Shown: positions 17,158 through 26,539, numbered from the stretch's first letter. The stretch is DNA of 64,000 nucleotides from an uncultured Desulfobacteraceae bacterium (GCA_964626455.1 CAZVFQ010000004.1:5819-69818), one strand, 5' to 3'. Program-made: numbers and translations. The notes: generated by a model from the letters alone, not told the origin.

Positions 17158-18675
17158 TTATATCAAAATAAACTTCATCTGCTGCTCTAATGTTGGTCGG
17201 TCAAGAATTCCAGTTGTATTAAATACATTGAGATCAAAAACACCTGCTTTTGAAAATTTGGACCAATTTTCAGCTAAATATTTCAAGTTCCCTGCAGTAA
17301 TAATAGCAACGTCAGTATCTGAATCATTTTTATACCGCAAGCTCCGCGCTTGCTGTTCTGCCCCTGGGCCAATTTCGGGAACGACCACGAGGAAAACATT
17401 CACTCGCTTTTTGGAATTACGAATATACTTTAAGAATTGATCAGCATGGCTTTTGGGAAATCTATATTCTTTTTCTTTACCCTTGTTATCCCATAAAAGC
17501 AGTTCTTCGTTTTTAAATGAGACTGCTCCATCGGCATGCTCGGTTCCGTCCATATCAAGCAGTTTACACCCCAGTTTTTTCTCGAACAAATATCGGGTGC
17601 CTTCCTCAAAATAGCCCTCTATATCCCTGTCTCGATCGATTAGGTTCGCTTGGCGCAGTTCTTTGTAATTGCGCTCAGCAAGCTCTTCTAAGTATTGGTA
17701 ATATAATTCCCTGGAGTCTTTGGTCTCTATTGGGGGTTTAGCCTTCAAAGTCGCGAAGTATTCTATTATATTATTGATGCGTTGCTCTTTGCTTCCACTA
17801 ACAGCCACTCCTTGCAGTTTTTTGCATATTTGATAAAGTTCGTCATTGGAAAGCGCCCCTAAAATTTCACTCGGTTTACATTGGGATTCAATAAGTCTTT
17901 CTGAGACCTCCTTTTTAGGGCCTGATACTGGAAGTCCCTGTTGACGGGCGGCAATACGAAGTTGATCGGCACTCAAAGTATCCTGAAGAGATTCTTGTGC
18001 AGATCTCCGCATTTCAAAACCAATGATTCGGCCTACCTTATTGGAAATTTCTTCGGGCAAGGCGATCAAGGGATTGGGCTCGGCGCGGTTGCAATAAAAT
18101 AGGATTCCCCGCTTCTGCAATTCTAACTGGGCGCTTTTGATTTCTTCATATGTATGAAGTTCATTATTCCTTTTGGGAAACATGCATAGCCGGCTTTCAA
18201 GCATATAATGTTCAAATCGACTTATGTTAAGTTTTTGGCGAAGTTTTTCTAGGAGCGCAAATTCTTCTTCCGAAATATCTTCATCCTCTAAAGCCACGCT
18301 TAGAATTGTCTGGTAAATATCAATTGATCGGCTATCAGAAAAAACAAACGCATTGCTCTCTTTTGCCTTGTCAATAACCCATTGCTCCTGATTCTGAACA
18401 CATTGATAAAGATCGTTTTCTGGAGCGGCGAGGTCTGGCCTTTCCATTAAAGAAACCAATATATAGCGGGTTAGCGTGCGGTTTGCCCGGCTCATGTTTG
18501 CAAAATCGAGCGCATCACGAATTCTTTCTTGATTTTCTAGGTAATCAATATTCTGTTCAATTTGCTCTTTAAGTTGCTCCTCATTGCCTTTTGGAATATT
18601 CTCCTTGAATATGCTGTCCACCACTCGGCTTAAATATTGTTTTGTCATGTTTGGCAGACAATCCAAGATCTTCAT
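17158..18675 (-). CDS. SAP-SAP-FokI-like (PD-(D/E)xK) nuclease with an uncharacterised N-terminal domain
   Basis: Start at the ATG at 18675, preceded by GGGAGGG. Two SAP motifs (LSADQLRIAARQQGLPVSGPKKEVSERL; LSNDELYQICKKLQGVAVSGSKEQRINNI). The C-terminus ADGAV...LLLWDNKGKEKEYRFP..HADQFLKYI is colinear with the FokI cleavage domain. Confidence 0.6.
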   Translation of the reverse strand: MKILDCLPNMTKQYLSRVVDSIFKENIPKGNEEQLKEQIEQNIDYLENQERIRDALDFANMSRANRTLTRYILVSLMERPDLAAPENDLYQCVQNQEQWVIDKAKESNAFVFSDSRSIDIYQTILSVALEDEDISEEEFALLEKLRQKLNISRFEHYMLESRLCMFPKRNNELHTYEEIKSAQLELQKRGILFYCNRAEPNPLIALPEEISNKVGRIIGFEMRRSAQESLQDTLSADQLRIAARQQGLPVSGPKKEVSERLIESQCKPSEILGALSNDELYQICKKLQGVAVSGSKEQRINNIIEYFATLKAKPPIETKDSRELYYQYLEELAERNYKELRQANLIDRDRDIEGYFEEGTRYLFEKKLGCKLLDMDGTEHADGAVSFKNEELLLWDNKGKEKEYRFPKSHADQFLKYIRNSKKRVNVFLVVVPEIGPGAEQQARSLRYKNDSDTDVAIITAGNLKYLAENWSKFSKAGVFDLNVFNTTGILDRPTLEQQMKFILI

Positions 18676-18887
18676 TGCCTTACCCTCCCGGTTAGTGTTG
18701 AGGCTTGTGATTGGTGGTTTCATGGTATAAAATCTTTATTTTTATATCATATAAACTATCTGCCATAAGATTTCAAATAATTGTTTCGAGAGTATTTTCT
18801 TTGACGATAACAACTTTCAGTTTTGGGCTTACTCTATATAACCAAAGCAACAGTAAACCACCTGGATCACCGAACCATAAACAAATC

Positions 18888-20327
18888 GAGTAGGGGGGTT
18901 CCTTGCGGTTCCCCCCTCTCACACCACCGGGCATACCTGCTCGGTACCACGGCGGTTTCCGTTTGATCTTAACTCCAAATACCTTCCGGTCAGGTTGATG
19001 AGTCCCTGCTTGTCAAACCACTCTTTTGACATGGCATCATTTGCCTGAGGGCTCCCGGCCCTGCGCCACCAGCCCTTGCCGGACAACGCCATTAGCCAGG
19101 AACGCCACTCCGGGATTCCGCAGCCCATTAAAAATTTAGCGACTCTTACTCTCCGTTTACACTGCTTGAGACGCACGCAACGCAATTTCCGCCGCACCCA
19201 TCCGTCGAGTGCTTCCAGCTTCCCGCGGCATTGCGCCAGGCGGTAGTACATGACCCAACCCGAGAGAAATTCATTAAGTTCCTTTATCCGCTTCTCAAAT
19301 GATACGGCACGATTTCTCCGGGTAATTGCACGGACTCGATCCTTGACCCGCTCCAGGCTCTGCGGCGCTATTAACAACCGCCCGCCGCTGTGGAGACGGT
19401 ATCCAAGGAACTTACGTTCCGATACATGCGCTACCGCGCTCTTCTTGCGATTTACACGCAAACGAAGCCGCTTTTCCAGGTACTGCGTGATTGACTCCAT
19501 GACCCGCCTGCCCGCAGCCTCAGACCGCACATAAATGTTGCAGTCATCGGCATACCGGCAAAAGCAATGACCCCGTTTCTCTAGTTCCTTGTCCAGATCG
19601 TCGAGCAGGATGTTGGCCAGTAACGGCGATAAGGGACCGCCCTGGGGTGTCCCTTCGTAACGCTCGATGCATACTCCGTTGACCATTATTCCCGATTCAA
19701 GAAATCGGCGAATGATCCGCAGCAAACGCTTATCCCTGACTCGACGCGCCAGCCTGGACATCAGCACATCGTGGTTTACCCGGTCAAAAAACTTCTCCAG
19801 GTCGCAATCCACCACGATGCTACGCCCTTCAGCCACATGCCGGCTTGCCTGCTCAAGTGCATCATGGGCACTTCTGCCCGGTCTGAACCCAAAACTGGAC
19901 TCCGAGAACGTGGGATCAATAAGGGGGTTTAAGACTTGCAGGATCGCCTGCTGAACCAGCCGATCAACCACCGTCTATGACCTCTGCTGACTTCTCCGTG
20001 TCCCTCCCGATGCATCACTGCAGCGGTAGCCGGGATCGTCCCGGCAGACACAGAGACCTCCCAGGGTAAGACGTGACACTTTACCCCGGTCCTCGCCGGA
20101 TTTACCAACGCGCGCGTCAGGGTGATTATCGGGCATCCCCGTCCAATGCCGGGTTACCCCGCCGCGCCGGCCTTGTATCCGATTCCTGTTCGTCGAGTCC
20201 GGGTTTTGCCTCCGGCTTCCTTCAGACCCCGCCTCGCGACGACGCCCTTGCCATTGGCTAACGGTTCCGATTACCACGGCCCGTAGAGGACTCTCACCTC
20301 ATAAGTTCCACGCCATGGCTGGCACAC
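18888..20327 (-). mobile_element. Group II intron remnant (class C-like insertion context), internally deleted; 3' boundary uncertain
   Basis: The minus strand starts GTGTGCCAGCC (5' GUGYG) directly after a terminator U-tract. About 354 nt of GC-rich non-coding sequence follow, then an RT/maturase ORF that lacks its N-terminus. Confidence 0.65.
18919..19971 (-). pseudogene. Group II intron reverse transcriptase/maturase, N-terminally truncated (RT blocks 0-1 missing)
   Basis: Begins (T)VVDRLVQQAILQVL (RT block 2), then FGFRPGRSAHDA, DLEKFFD, GTPQGGPLSPLLANI, RYADDCNI and the X domain LNEFLSGWVMYYR. An in-frame TAG at 19975-19977 closes the frame. Confidence 0.8.
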
Positions 20328-20357
20328 AAAAAGAAAGGGAAAAAATGATTTTTTCCC
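20328..20357 (-). terminator. Rho-independent terminator of the pgsA/tRNA-Gly/tRNA-Cys unit
   Basis: Minus strand reads GGGAAAAAA-TCA-TTTTTTCCC followed by TTTCTTTTT. Confidence 0.65.
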
Positions 20358-20436
20358 TGGCAAAGGGGTGGCAAAAAAGTGGCAAAGAATTTTGCTGGTT
20401 CCGAAAATCAAAAATCTAATAATTTTAGAAGGTTTA

Positions 20437-20511
20437 TGGAGGCGGCACCCGGATTCGAACCGGGGAATAAAGGCTTTGCAGGCCTCTGCCTTACCACTTG
20501 GCTATGCCGCC
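20437..20511 (-). tRNA. tRNA-Cys (anticodon GCA), CCA encoded
   Basis: Reverse complement GGCGGCATAGCCAAGTGGTAAGGCAGAGGCCTGCAAAGCC...GGTTCGAATCCGGGTGCCGCCTCCA. Anticodon loop CTGCAAA. Confidence 0.9.
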
Positions 20512-20523
20512 CAAAAATAAAAA

Positions 20524-20598
<75 letters not shown>

Positions 20599-20617
20599 TC
20601 ACTTAAATTTGTACACA

Positions 20618-20646
20618 CTAATAAGGAGTTTTGATTTTATTGTCAA
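20618..20646 (-). promoter_or_regulatory. Candidate sigma70 promoter for tRNA-Gly/Cys (TTGACA-17 nt-TATTAG)
   Basis: On the minus strand, TTGACA (20646-20641) and TATTAG (20623-20618), about 20 nt upstream of tRNA-Gly. Confidence 0.4.
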
Positions 20647-20664
20647 TAAAAAATTGCACTTCTG

Positions 20665-21249
20665 TTAATCCGCGCTTTCTTGATAAATAAGCTTCCAGAA
20701 ACGAACGAAATAATCAATTCCCGACCATAATGTAATTATCACTGCCATCCAGAAAAGCGCCATGCCAACTGCGTGAAAATTCAATCCAAAATACGAATAG
20801 TGAATCAGCAGGGGGATAATCGATGCTATCTGAAAGCCGGTCTTATATTTGCCAAGCATGGAGGCTGAAACATCAGCGCCTTGTTCGCTTATAACATTTC
20901 GTAAACCGGTCACTGCCAGTTCCCGGCCCAGGATAAGGCAAACCGCCCATCCCGGAACCCTTCCAAGGGAAACCAGCATGATAAGGGAAGATGCAACCAG
21001 GAGCTTGTCTGCCAATGGGTCGAGCATTTTACCGAGACTGGTGACAAGCCCGTATCTTCTTGCAATATAGCCGTCAAAATAATCGGTTACTGCCGCTGCT
21101 GAAAACAAAAGGGCTGAAAGAATTGCGCACAATCTGTTATCAAAAAGAAGCAGAATAATCAAAAGGGGCGCTGCTGCCACACGAAAAAGCGTCAGGCTGT
21201 TGGGATAACCCAGAATGTGCGAGAAAAAGTATTTCACTTTTTGAGGCAT
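20665..21249 (-). CDS. pgsA: CDP-diacylglycerol--glycerol-3-phosphate 3-phosphatidyltransferase
   Basis: CDP-alcohol phosphatidyltransferase motif DYFDGYIARR...GKMLDPLADK in a multi-TM protein. tRNA-Gly/Cys lie downstream, as at E. coli pgsA. Confidence 0.85.
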   Translation of the reverse strand: MPQKVKYFFSHILGYPNSLTLFRVAAAPLLIILLLFDNRLCAILSALLFSAAAVTDYFDGYIARRYGLVTSLGKMLDPLADKLLVASSLIMLVSLGRVPGWAVCLILGRELAVTGLRNVISEQGADVSASMLGKYKTGFQIASIIPLLIHYSYFGLNFHAVGMALFWMAVIITLWSGIDYFVRFWKLIYQESAD

Positions 21250-21260
21250 CCGCCCACCTC

Positions 21261-21914
21261 TTACTTTTTAGCCTTTTTCCAGTCGTCGAGAAAAGCCTGA
21301 ATTCCTTTGTCTGTCAAGGGATGCGCTGCCAGCTTGTTTAAAACGGAAAAGGGAATGGTTGCAATATCGGCTCCCATGAGAGCGGATTCCAGCACGTGCA
21401 GCGGATTGCGTATACTTGCCACTATCACCTCGGTCTGATATCCATAGTTGTCATAAATGCTGACAATCTGCTCCACAAGATCCATGCCCTCCTGGGACAG
21501 ATCATCCAGACGGCCCACAAAAGGACTCGCATAAGAGGCACCGGCCTTGGCAGCCATAAGGGCCTGTAGCGGAGAGAAAACCAGTGTAACATTCGTGTGG
21601 ATTCCTTCGGCCGCAAGTGTGCGAACCGCTTTCATGCCCTCAATGGTCATGGGAATCTTGACTACTATATTTTTGTGAATTTTTGCAAGATCACGGGCTT
21701 CAGCGACCATACCTTCGGCATCCAGGCTGACGGCCTCTGCGTTGATCGGGCCGTCAACGATTTTACAGATTTCATTTATAATTTCCTTAAAGTCACGGCC
21801 TTCTTTAGCGATAAGACTGGGATTGGTGGTCACGCCGTCGACCATGCCCATTTGATTGGCCTCCCGGATTTCATCCACATTTGCTGTATCAATGAAAAAT
21901 TTCATATCCTGCAC
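21261..21914 (-). CDS. tal: Transaldolase / fructose-6-phosphate aldolase family (short type)
   Basis: [15 protein letters not shown]...GVTTNPSL...VVKIP, about 215 aa. The true start may be the MKFF Met three codons in. Confidence 0.85.
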   Translation of the reverse strand: MQDMKFFIDTANVDEIREANQMGMVDGVTTNPSLIAKEGRDFKEIINEICKIVDGPINAEAVSLDAEGMVAEARDLAKIHKNIVVKIPMTIEGMKAVRTLAAEGIHTNVTLVFSPLQALMAAKAGASYASPFVGRLDDLSQEGMDLVEQIVSIYDNYGYQTEVIVASIRNPLHVLESALMGADIATIPFSVLNKLAAHPLTDKGIQAFLDDWKKAKK

Positions 21915-21989
21915 TCCTTTTTTAATTCAAAATAAATCTGTTGCACACTGTTTATAAACTGTCACGAAATTTCGGTATCAATTCAGGTA

Positions 21990-22511
21990 TCAGGCCGAAG
22001 CTTTTTTATCAATCCCTTTATTATTCACCGCAAAACATTGCTGGCTGGCCACAACGGTATCTGCCAGCAATTCACTGACTGTCAGGCCCACCACCGGGTG
22101 AACCAGATCCGGGGCTATATCGCATAAGGGCATCAATACAAATGCCCTTTGATTCATTCTTGGATGCGGCACAATTAAATCCGGAGTATTGATAACAGCA
22201 TCATCATATAATATTAAATCAAGATCAAGCACCCTGGGGCCAAATCTGACTTCTGCCTGTTGGCGTCCTGCAGCAGACTCGGCTTTTTTTAACCTTCGGA
22301 GCAGCATAACCGGATCAAGATCGGTAACTGCCTGGAACACGGCATTAACAAACCAGGGCTGATCCGTATAATCAACAGGCGCGCTGTAGTAATACCGGGA
22401 ATGTTTTACAAGCGTAATTTCTCCGGTCCCGGTCAGCAGATCCACTCCCCGCATGCAGCCGGCAACCCGGTCGCCCAGATTGGCTCCAAGCGCTATGTAA
22501 GCGGTATGCAT
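21990..22511 (-). CDS. folK: 2-amino-4-hydroxy-6-hydroxymethyldihydropteridine pyrophosphokinase
   Basis: YIALGANLGDR...GPRVLDLDLILY...VPHPRM. Start at MHTAY, just after the stop of the upstream gene. Confidence 0.85.
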   Translation of the reverse strand: MHTAYIALGANLGDRVAGCMRGVDLLTGTGEITLVKHSRYYYSAPVDYTDQPWFVNAVFQAVTDLDPVMLLRRLKKAESAAGRQQAEVRFGPRVLDLDLILYDDAVINTPDLIVPHPRMNQRAFVLMPLCDIAPDLVHPVVGLTVSELLADTVVASQQCFAVNNKGIDKKASA

Positions 22512-22515
22512 GCCT

Positions 22516-22986
22516 TTACCCGCCCCCGTTGTCATCATTTTCCCCGGCTATTTCATATTTAACGATTTCCGATTCCCTGCCCACCTTGCCGGTTTCACTG
22601 TAACATCTAACCATGTATCTGTAGACATACCCGGCGTCGACCTGGTCTTCAAAATACCATGTTTCAGGCACAATGCGCCCGCTTCTGTAGGCCACCCAGC
22701 CGGCACGCTCAAAATTGACCGGACAGCCGGGGCAGTCCTCACTGACGGGAGTTTTTGCGCGATATACTATAAAACCCGCCGGCTCGGGCGATTTTTCAAC
22801 GCGGCTTTCCGGCAGCGACCATTTAAGGATAAGACTGCTTCCGCTAAGTTCGGATTCAAGTTTTTCTGCCACGGGAAGCTGCTGTTTTTCCGGCACCTCG
22901 GGCGGACCTTTTTTCCCGCACGATCCCGCGACAGTCAACGCTGCTGCCAGGACCGCAAATAAGGCCGCATAACGAATAATTTTCAT
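22516..22986 (-). CDS. Lipoprotein of unknown function
   Basis: Signal peptide and lipobox LTVAGSCGKKGPP, followed by a beta-rich domain (FIVYRAK...YVYRYMVRCY). Confidence 0.55.
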   Translation of the reverse strand: MKIIRYAALFAVLAAALTVAGSCGKKGPPEVPEKQQLPVAEKLESELSGSSLILKWSLPESRVEKSPEPAGFIVYRAKTPVSEDCPGCPVNFERAGWVAYRSGRIVPETWYFEDQVDAGYVYRYMVRCYSETGKVGRESEIVKYEIAGENDDNGGG

Positions 22987-22989
22987 TGC

Positions 22990-24390
22990 CTAGCCCTTTT
23001 CCTTTTTCTGTTCTTCGGCCAGTCGTTTCTTTGCCCGGTCAACAGCGGCAGTGACATTGCTCCTGGCAGTACCGCCATAAACCCGCCGACGGTCGATCAT
23101 ATCATTGACAGACAAAGCTTTGTATATGTCTTTGTCAATATTTTGCGAAAACCGGCGGAGTTCTTCAAGGTCCAGTTCATGAAGCTCTTTTCCGCGGTAA
23201 AGGGCGTAAGCCACGGCTTTTCCTACACATGCATGGGCCTGGCGGAAAGCAACCCCTTTTGAAACCAGATAATCGGCCATATCGGTGGCGTTTTGAAAGC
23301 CGGTGTTTGCGGCCAGTCCGGTATTATGCGAATTGACTATTATCTGCGGAATCATGCGCGTGTATATATCCAGGCACGCCTTTAAGGTATCCACCGTATC
23401 CATAAGCGGGATTTTGTCTTCCTGCATATCCCTGTTATAAGCCAGAGGAAGCGATTTCATCAGCGTAAGCAGATGTATAAGCCCGCCAAATACACGCCCG
23501 GACTTTGCTCTGACAAGCTCCGGAATATCAGGATTTTTTTTCTGGGGCATGATACTGCTGCCGGTACAGAAGGCATCCGGAAGCTCCACGAATTTAAATT
23601 CAGCAGAAGACCATATTACAAGTTCTTCTGAGAGCCGGGACAAATGCATAATGCATATGCTGGATGCAGCCATGAATTCGAGCATGAAATCACGATCCGA
23701 AACAGCATCCATGCTGTTTTCCGAAACCTTTGAAAAACCCAGCAGGCTGGCCGTGTATTGCCGGTCCAGCCGATAAGTGGTACCCGCCAGGGCGGCGCTG
23801 CCCAGCGGCATTACATCCATGCGGTAAAGGGCGTCATCAAATCTTTGCGCATCCCTGGTAAACATCTCGTAGTATGCCAACACATGATGTGAGAACAAAA
23901 CAGGCTGGGCTCGCTGCAAATGCGTATAACCGGGCATTACAACCTCGAAGTTGCCTTCTGCCAGCTCCACGAGGGCCTGTCTTAATGCAGCCAGACCGTA
24001 AATAATTTTTCCGGTTTCAGCTTTAAGGTAAAGCCTTTCATCAAGGGCGATCTGGTCGTTTCTGCTCCTGGCGGTATGCAGCTTGCGCGAAAGCTCACCC
24101 ACGTGAGCTGCAAGACGGTCTTCCACGTGCATGTGGATATCTTCAAGCCGGTCTGAAAATTCCAGTTTTCCTTCTGAAATCTCTTTTCTGACTTTTTCCA
24201 GGCCTTCTATCATGGCTTTGGTTTCGTCTTCTGTAAGAATCCCTGCCCTGGCAAGGGTTCTGCAGTGGGCGATGCTGCCATCGATGTCGTATTGGTAAAG
24301 ACGGCTGTCCACAGCAACAGAGGACGTAAAAGCTTCGACCGCCTTGTCTGTAGGCTCTGAAAAACGCCCGTCCCAGGGTTTTTCGCTCAT
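22990..24390 (-). CDS. argH: Argininosuccinate lyase
   Basis: 466 aa with PWDGRF, TARSRNDQ and GSSIMPQKKNPD signature motifs. Confidence 0.95.
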   Translation of the reverse strand: MSEKPWDGRFSEPTDKAVEAFTSSVAVDSRLYQYDIDGSIAHCRTLARAGILTEDETKAMIEGLEKVRKEISEGKLEFSDRLEDIHMHVEDRLAAHVGELSRKLHTARSRNDQIALDERLYLKAETGKIIYGLAALRQALVELAEGNFEVVMPGYTHLQRAQPVLFSHHVLAYYEMFTRDAQRFDDALYRMDVMPLGSAALAGTTYRLDRQYTASLLGFSKVSENSMDAVSDRDFMLEFMAASSICIMHLSRLSEELVIWSSAEFKFVELPDAFCTGSSIMPQKKNPDIPELVRAKSGRVFGGLIHLLTLMKSLPLAYNRDMQEDKIPLMDTVDTLKACLDIYTRMIPQIIVNSHNTGLAANTGFQNATDMADYLVSKGVAFRQAHACVGKAVAYALYRGKELHELDLEELRRFSQNIDKDIYKALSVNDMIDRRRVYGGTARSNVTAAVDRAKKRLAEEQKKEKG

Positions 24391-25610
24391 CAGCGCATTC
24401 CTGTTTTCTGGCTTTTCATAAGCTTTCTTATTCTGAGCCGAAGTGCGTTTAACCGGATAAAGCCCTCGGCATCCTTCTGGCTGTATACCGAATCGTCTTC
24501 AAACGTTGCAAAATCTTCACTGTAAAGTGATTCATCTGATTTGCGTCCCATCACCCTGCAGTTTCCCTTGTAAAGCTCCAGCCGCACGGTGCCTGAAACG
24601 TTTTTCTGGGTTTCGTCTATCATGGACTGCAAAAGTTCGCGTTCCGGAGAAAACCAGAAACCGTTGTAAATCATTTCTGAATATCTGGGGATCAGTGAGT
24701 CGCGCAGGTGCATTACCTCGCGATCCATGGTAATGGACTCAACTGCCATATGAGCTGCGCGCAGAATCGTGCCGCCTGGCGTCTCATAAACACCCCGGGA
24801 TTTCATACCTACAAACCTGTTTTCAACAATATCGGTCCTGCCGATTCCGTGGCGTCCGCCGAGGCGGTTTAACTCTTCAAGCAGACTTGCCGGAGAAAGC
24901 CAGAGTCCGTTTATTGCCATTGGATTTCCGTGTTCAAATTCAATGTCGATAATTTCAGGTTCATCAGGGGCCTGCCTGGGCGAGACCGTAAGCACGAACA
25001 TGTCCTCCGGAGGCGGGTTCCACGGATCTTCCAGGACGCCGCCTTCATAGCTGATATGAAGCAGATTGCGGTCTGTACTGTAGGGCTTCTCCTTTGTGGA
25101 AGTCACGGGGATACCGTGTTTTTCTGCAAAAGCCATAAGAGCGGTTCTGGAATTTAGCTTCCACTCCCGCCACGGGGCGATCACCTTGATATGCGGATCA
25201 ATGGCATAATAGGATAGCTCGAATCTGACCTGGTCGTTTCCCTTGCCTGTTGCGCCGTGGCTTACAGCGTCGGCATTTTCCGCATGCGCGATCTCTATCT
25301 GCCGCTTTGCAATAAGAGGCCTGGCAAGAGAGGTTCCCAGAAGATATTGCCCCTCGTATATTGCATTTGCACGGAAAGCAGGAAAAACGTAATTCTCTGC
25401 AAACTCTTCCTTAAGATCGTCTATGTAAACCACGGATGCCCCGGTCTTTTTCGCTTTTTTTTCTACAGGCTCGAGTTCCTCTCCCTGGCCAATGTCTGCG
25501 GAAAAGGCTATGACCTCACAGTCATATGTTTCTGCAAGCCATTTTAAAATTACCGATGTATCAAGGCCCCCTGAATAAGCCAGAACCACCTTTTTAATAT
25601 TTTCTCCCAA
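24390..25610 (-). CDS. argG: Argininosuccinate synthase
   Basis: [29 protein letters not shown]. Confidence 0.95.
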   Translation of the reverse strand: MGENIKKVVLAYSGGLDTSVILKWLAETYDCEVIAFSADIGQGEELEPVEKKAKKTGASVVYIDDLKEEFAENYVFPAFRANAIYEGQYLLGTSLARPLIAKRQIEIAHAENADAVSHGATGKGNDQVRFELSYYAIDPHIKVIAPWREWKLNSRTALMAFAEKHGIPVTSTKEKPYSTDRNLLHISYEGGVLEDPWNPPPEDMFVLTVSPRQAPDEPEIIDIEFEHGNPMAINGLWLSPASLLEELNRLGGRHGIGRTDIVENRFVGMKSRGVYETPGGTILRAAHMAVESITMDREVMHLRDSLIPRYSEMIYNGFWFSPERELLQSMIDETQKNVSGTVRLELYKGNCRVMGRKSDESLYSEDFATFEDDSVYSQKDAEGFIRLNALRLRIRKLMKSQKTGMR

Positions 25611-25621
25611 AATCTGCTCTC

Positions 25622-26539
25622 CTATTTACCAACAATGAGAATTTCCAGAATCGCCTTGTGCATGTGCATCTTGTTTTCAGCCTGGTCCCAGACCACGGAC
25701 TGCTTTGATTCAAAGACGTCCTCGGTGATTTCCTCGCCCTTGTGGGCAGGAAGACAGTGCATTACAATGGCCTGCTTTCCGGCCTCAGACATAAGTTTAC
25801 TGTTTATCTGGTATGGTGCAAAAACCTTCTGTCTTGTCTCTGCCTCCTGCTCCTGGCCCATACTGGCCCACACATCCGTGTTGACAACGTCAGCGCCTGC
25901 CACGGCCTCGGCTGGATCGGAAACCACGCGAATTGTGTCTCCTGCCCTGCTCACGGCGGCATCTAAAACCTTTTTATCCGGCATGTAGCCCTCAGGGCAG
26001 GCAAGTACAAGTTCGAAACCGAGCACTGCCGCAGCATTAATCCATGAATTGGCCATGTTGTTGCCGTCCCCGACCCATGCGACTTTCACCCCTCTGCAGT
26101 CACCCTTGTACTCGATTACAGTCATGAGATCGCTTAAAACCTGACAGGGATGATACATGTCTGTCAATGCGTTTATCACAGGAATCGAGGCACTCCCGGC
26201 AAAGTCCTCCTGCATATGCTGAGAAAAGGTGCGAAGCACCAGCGCATCCAGATAGCGCTCAAGTACTCTTGCCGTGTCTGCTATGGGTTCGTCTCTTGCC
26301 AGTTGAGTATCTGCCGCGCTTATAAAAAGCGATGTACCACCCAGCTGAGCTGCAGCCGCTTGAAAGGAAATGCGGGTCCGGGTGGAGGCCTTCTCAAAAA
26401 TCAGCCCCACGGTTCTGCCGACAAGGCAGCGGTCTGAAATGCCCTGTGCACGTCGTTTTTTCAAATCCTTTGCGCGCGAAAAAAACAGGTCAAAATCCGC
26501 AGGCTCCAAATCTGCCAGTGTAAGTAAATCCTTTTTCAA
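25622..26539 (-). CDS. argF: Ornithine carbamoyltransferase
   Basis: [18 protein letters not shown] and HCLPA motifs. Confidence 0.92.
   Translation of the reverse strand: MKKDLLTLADLEPADFDLFFSRAKDLKKRRAQGISDRCLVGRTVGLIFEKASTRTRISFQAAAAQLGGTSLFISAADTQLARDEPIADTARVLERYLDALVLRTFSQHMQEDFAGSASIPVINALTDMYHPCQVLSDLMTVIEYKGDCRGVKVAWVGDGNNMANSWINAAAVLGFELVLACPEGYMPDKKVLDAAVSRAGDTIRVVSDPAEAVAGADVVNTDVWASMGQEQEAETRQKVFAPYQINSKLMSEAGKQAIVMHCLPAHKGEEITEDVFESKQSVVWDQAENKMHMHKAILEILIVGK

Noticed and set aside
18905-18925. Partial similarity between TTCCCCCCTCTCACACCA and the tRNA-Ser 3' end (TCCCACCCTCTCCGCCA), as a possible attR repeat for the islet.
   Set aside because: Only a short CCTCTC core and C-rich flanks match. 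The segment is fully explained as one arm of the GC hairpin at the intron RT stop.
19975-20277. 100-aa ORF upstream of and in frame with the RT, as the missing RT N-terminus.
   Set aside because: Its product (Arg/Gly-rich: ..GRRREAGSEGSRRQNPDSTNRNR..) has none of the RT block 0/1 motifs and is separated from the RT by a TAG. The region is better explained as intron ribozyme sequence.
20379-20400. Sigma54-like motif TGGCAAAGAATTTTGC.
   Set aside because: The GG-to-GC spacing is one nucleotide longer than the TGGCAC-N5-TTGC consensus. The motif is on the plus strand and points into the 3' ends of minus-strand tRNA genes, with no downstream plus-strand gene.
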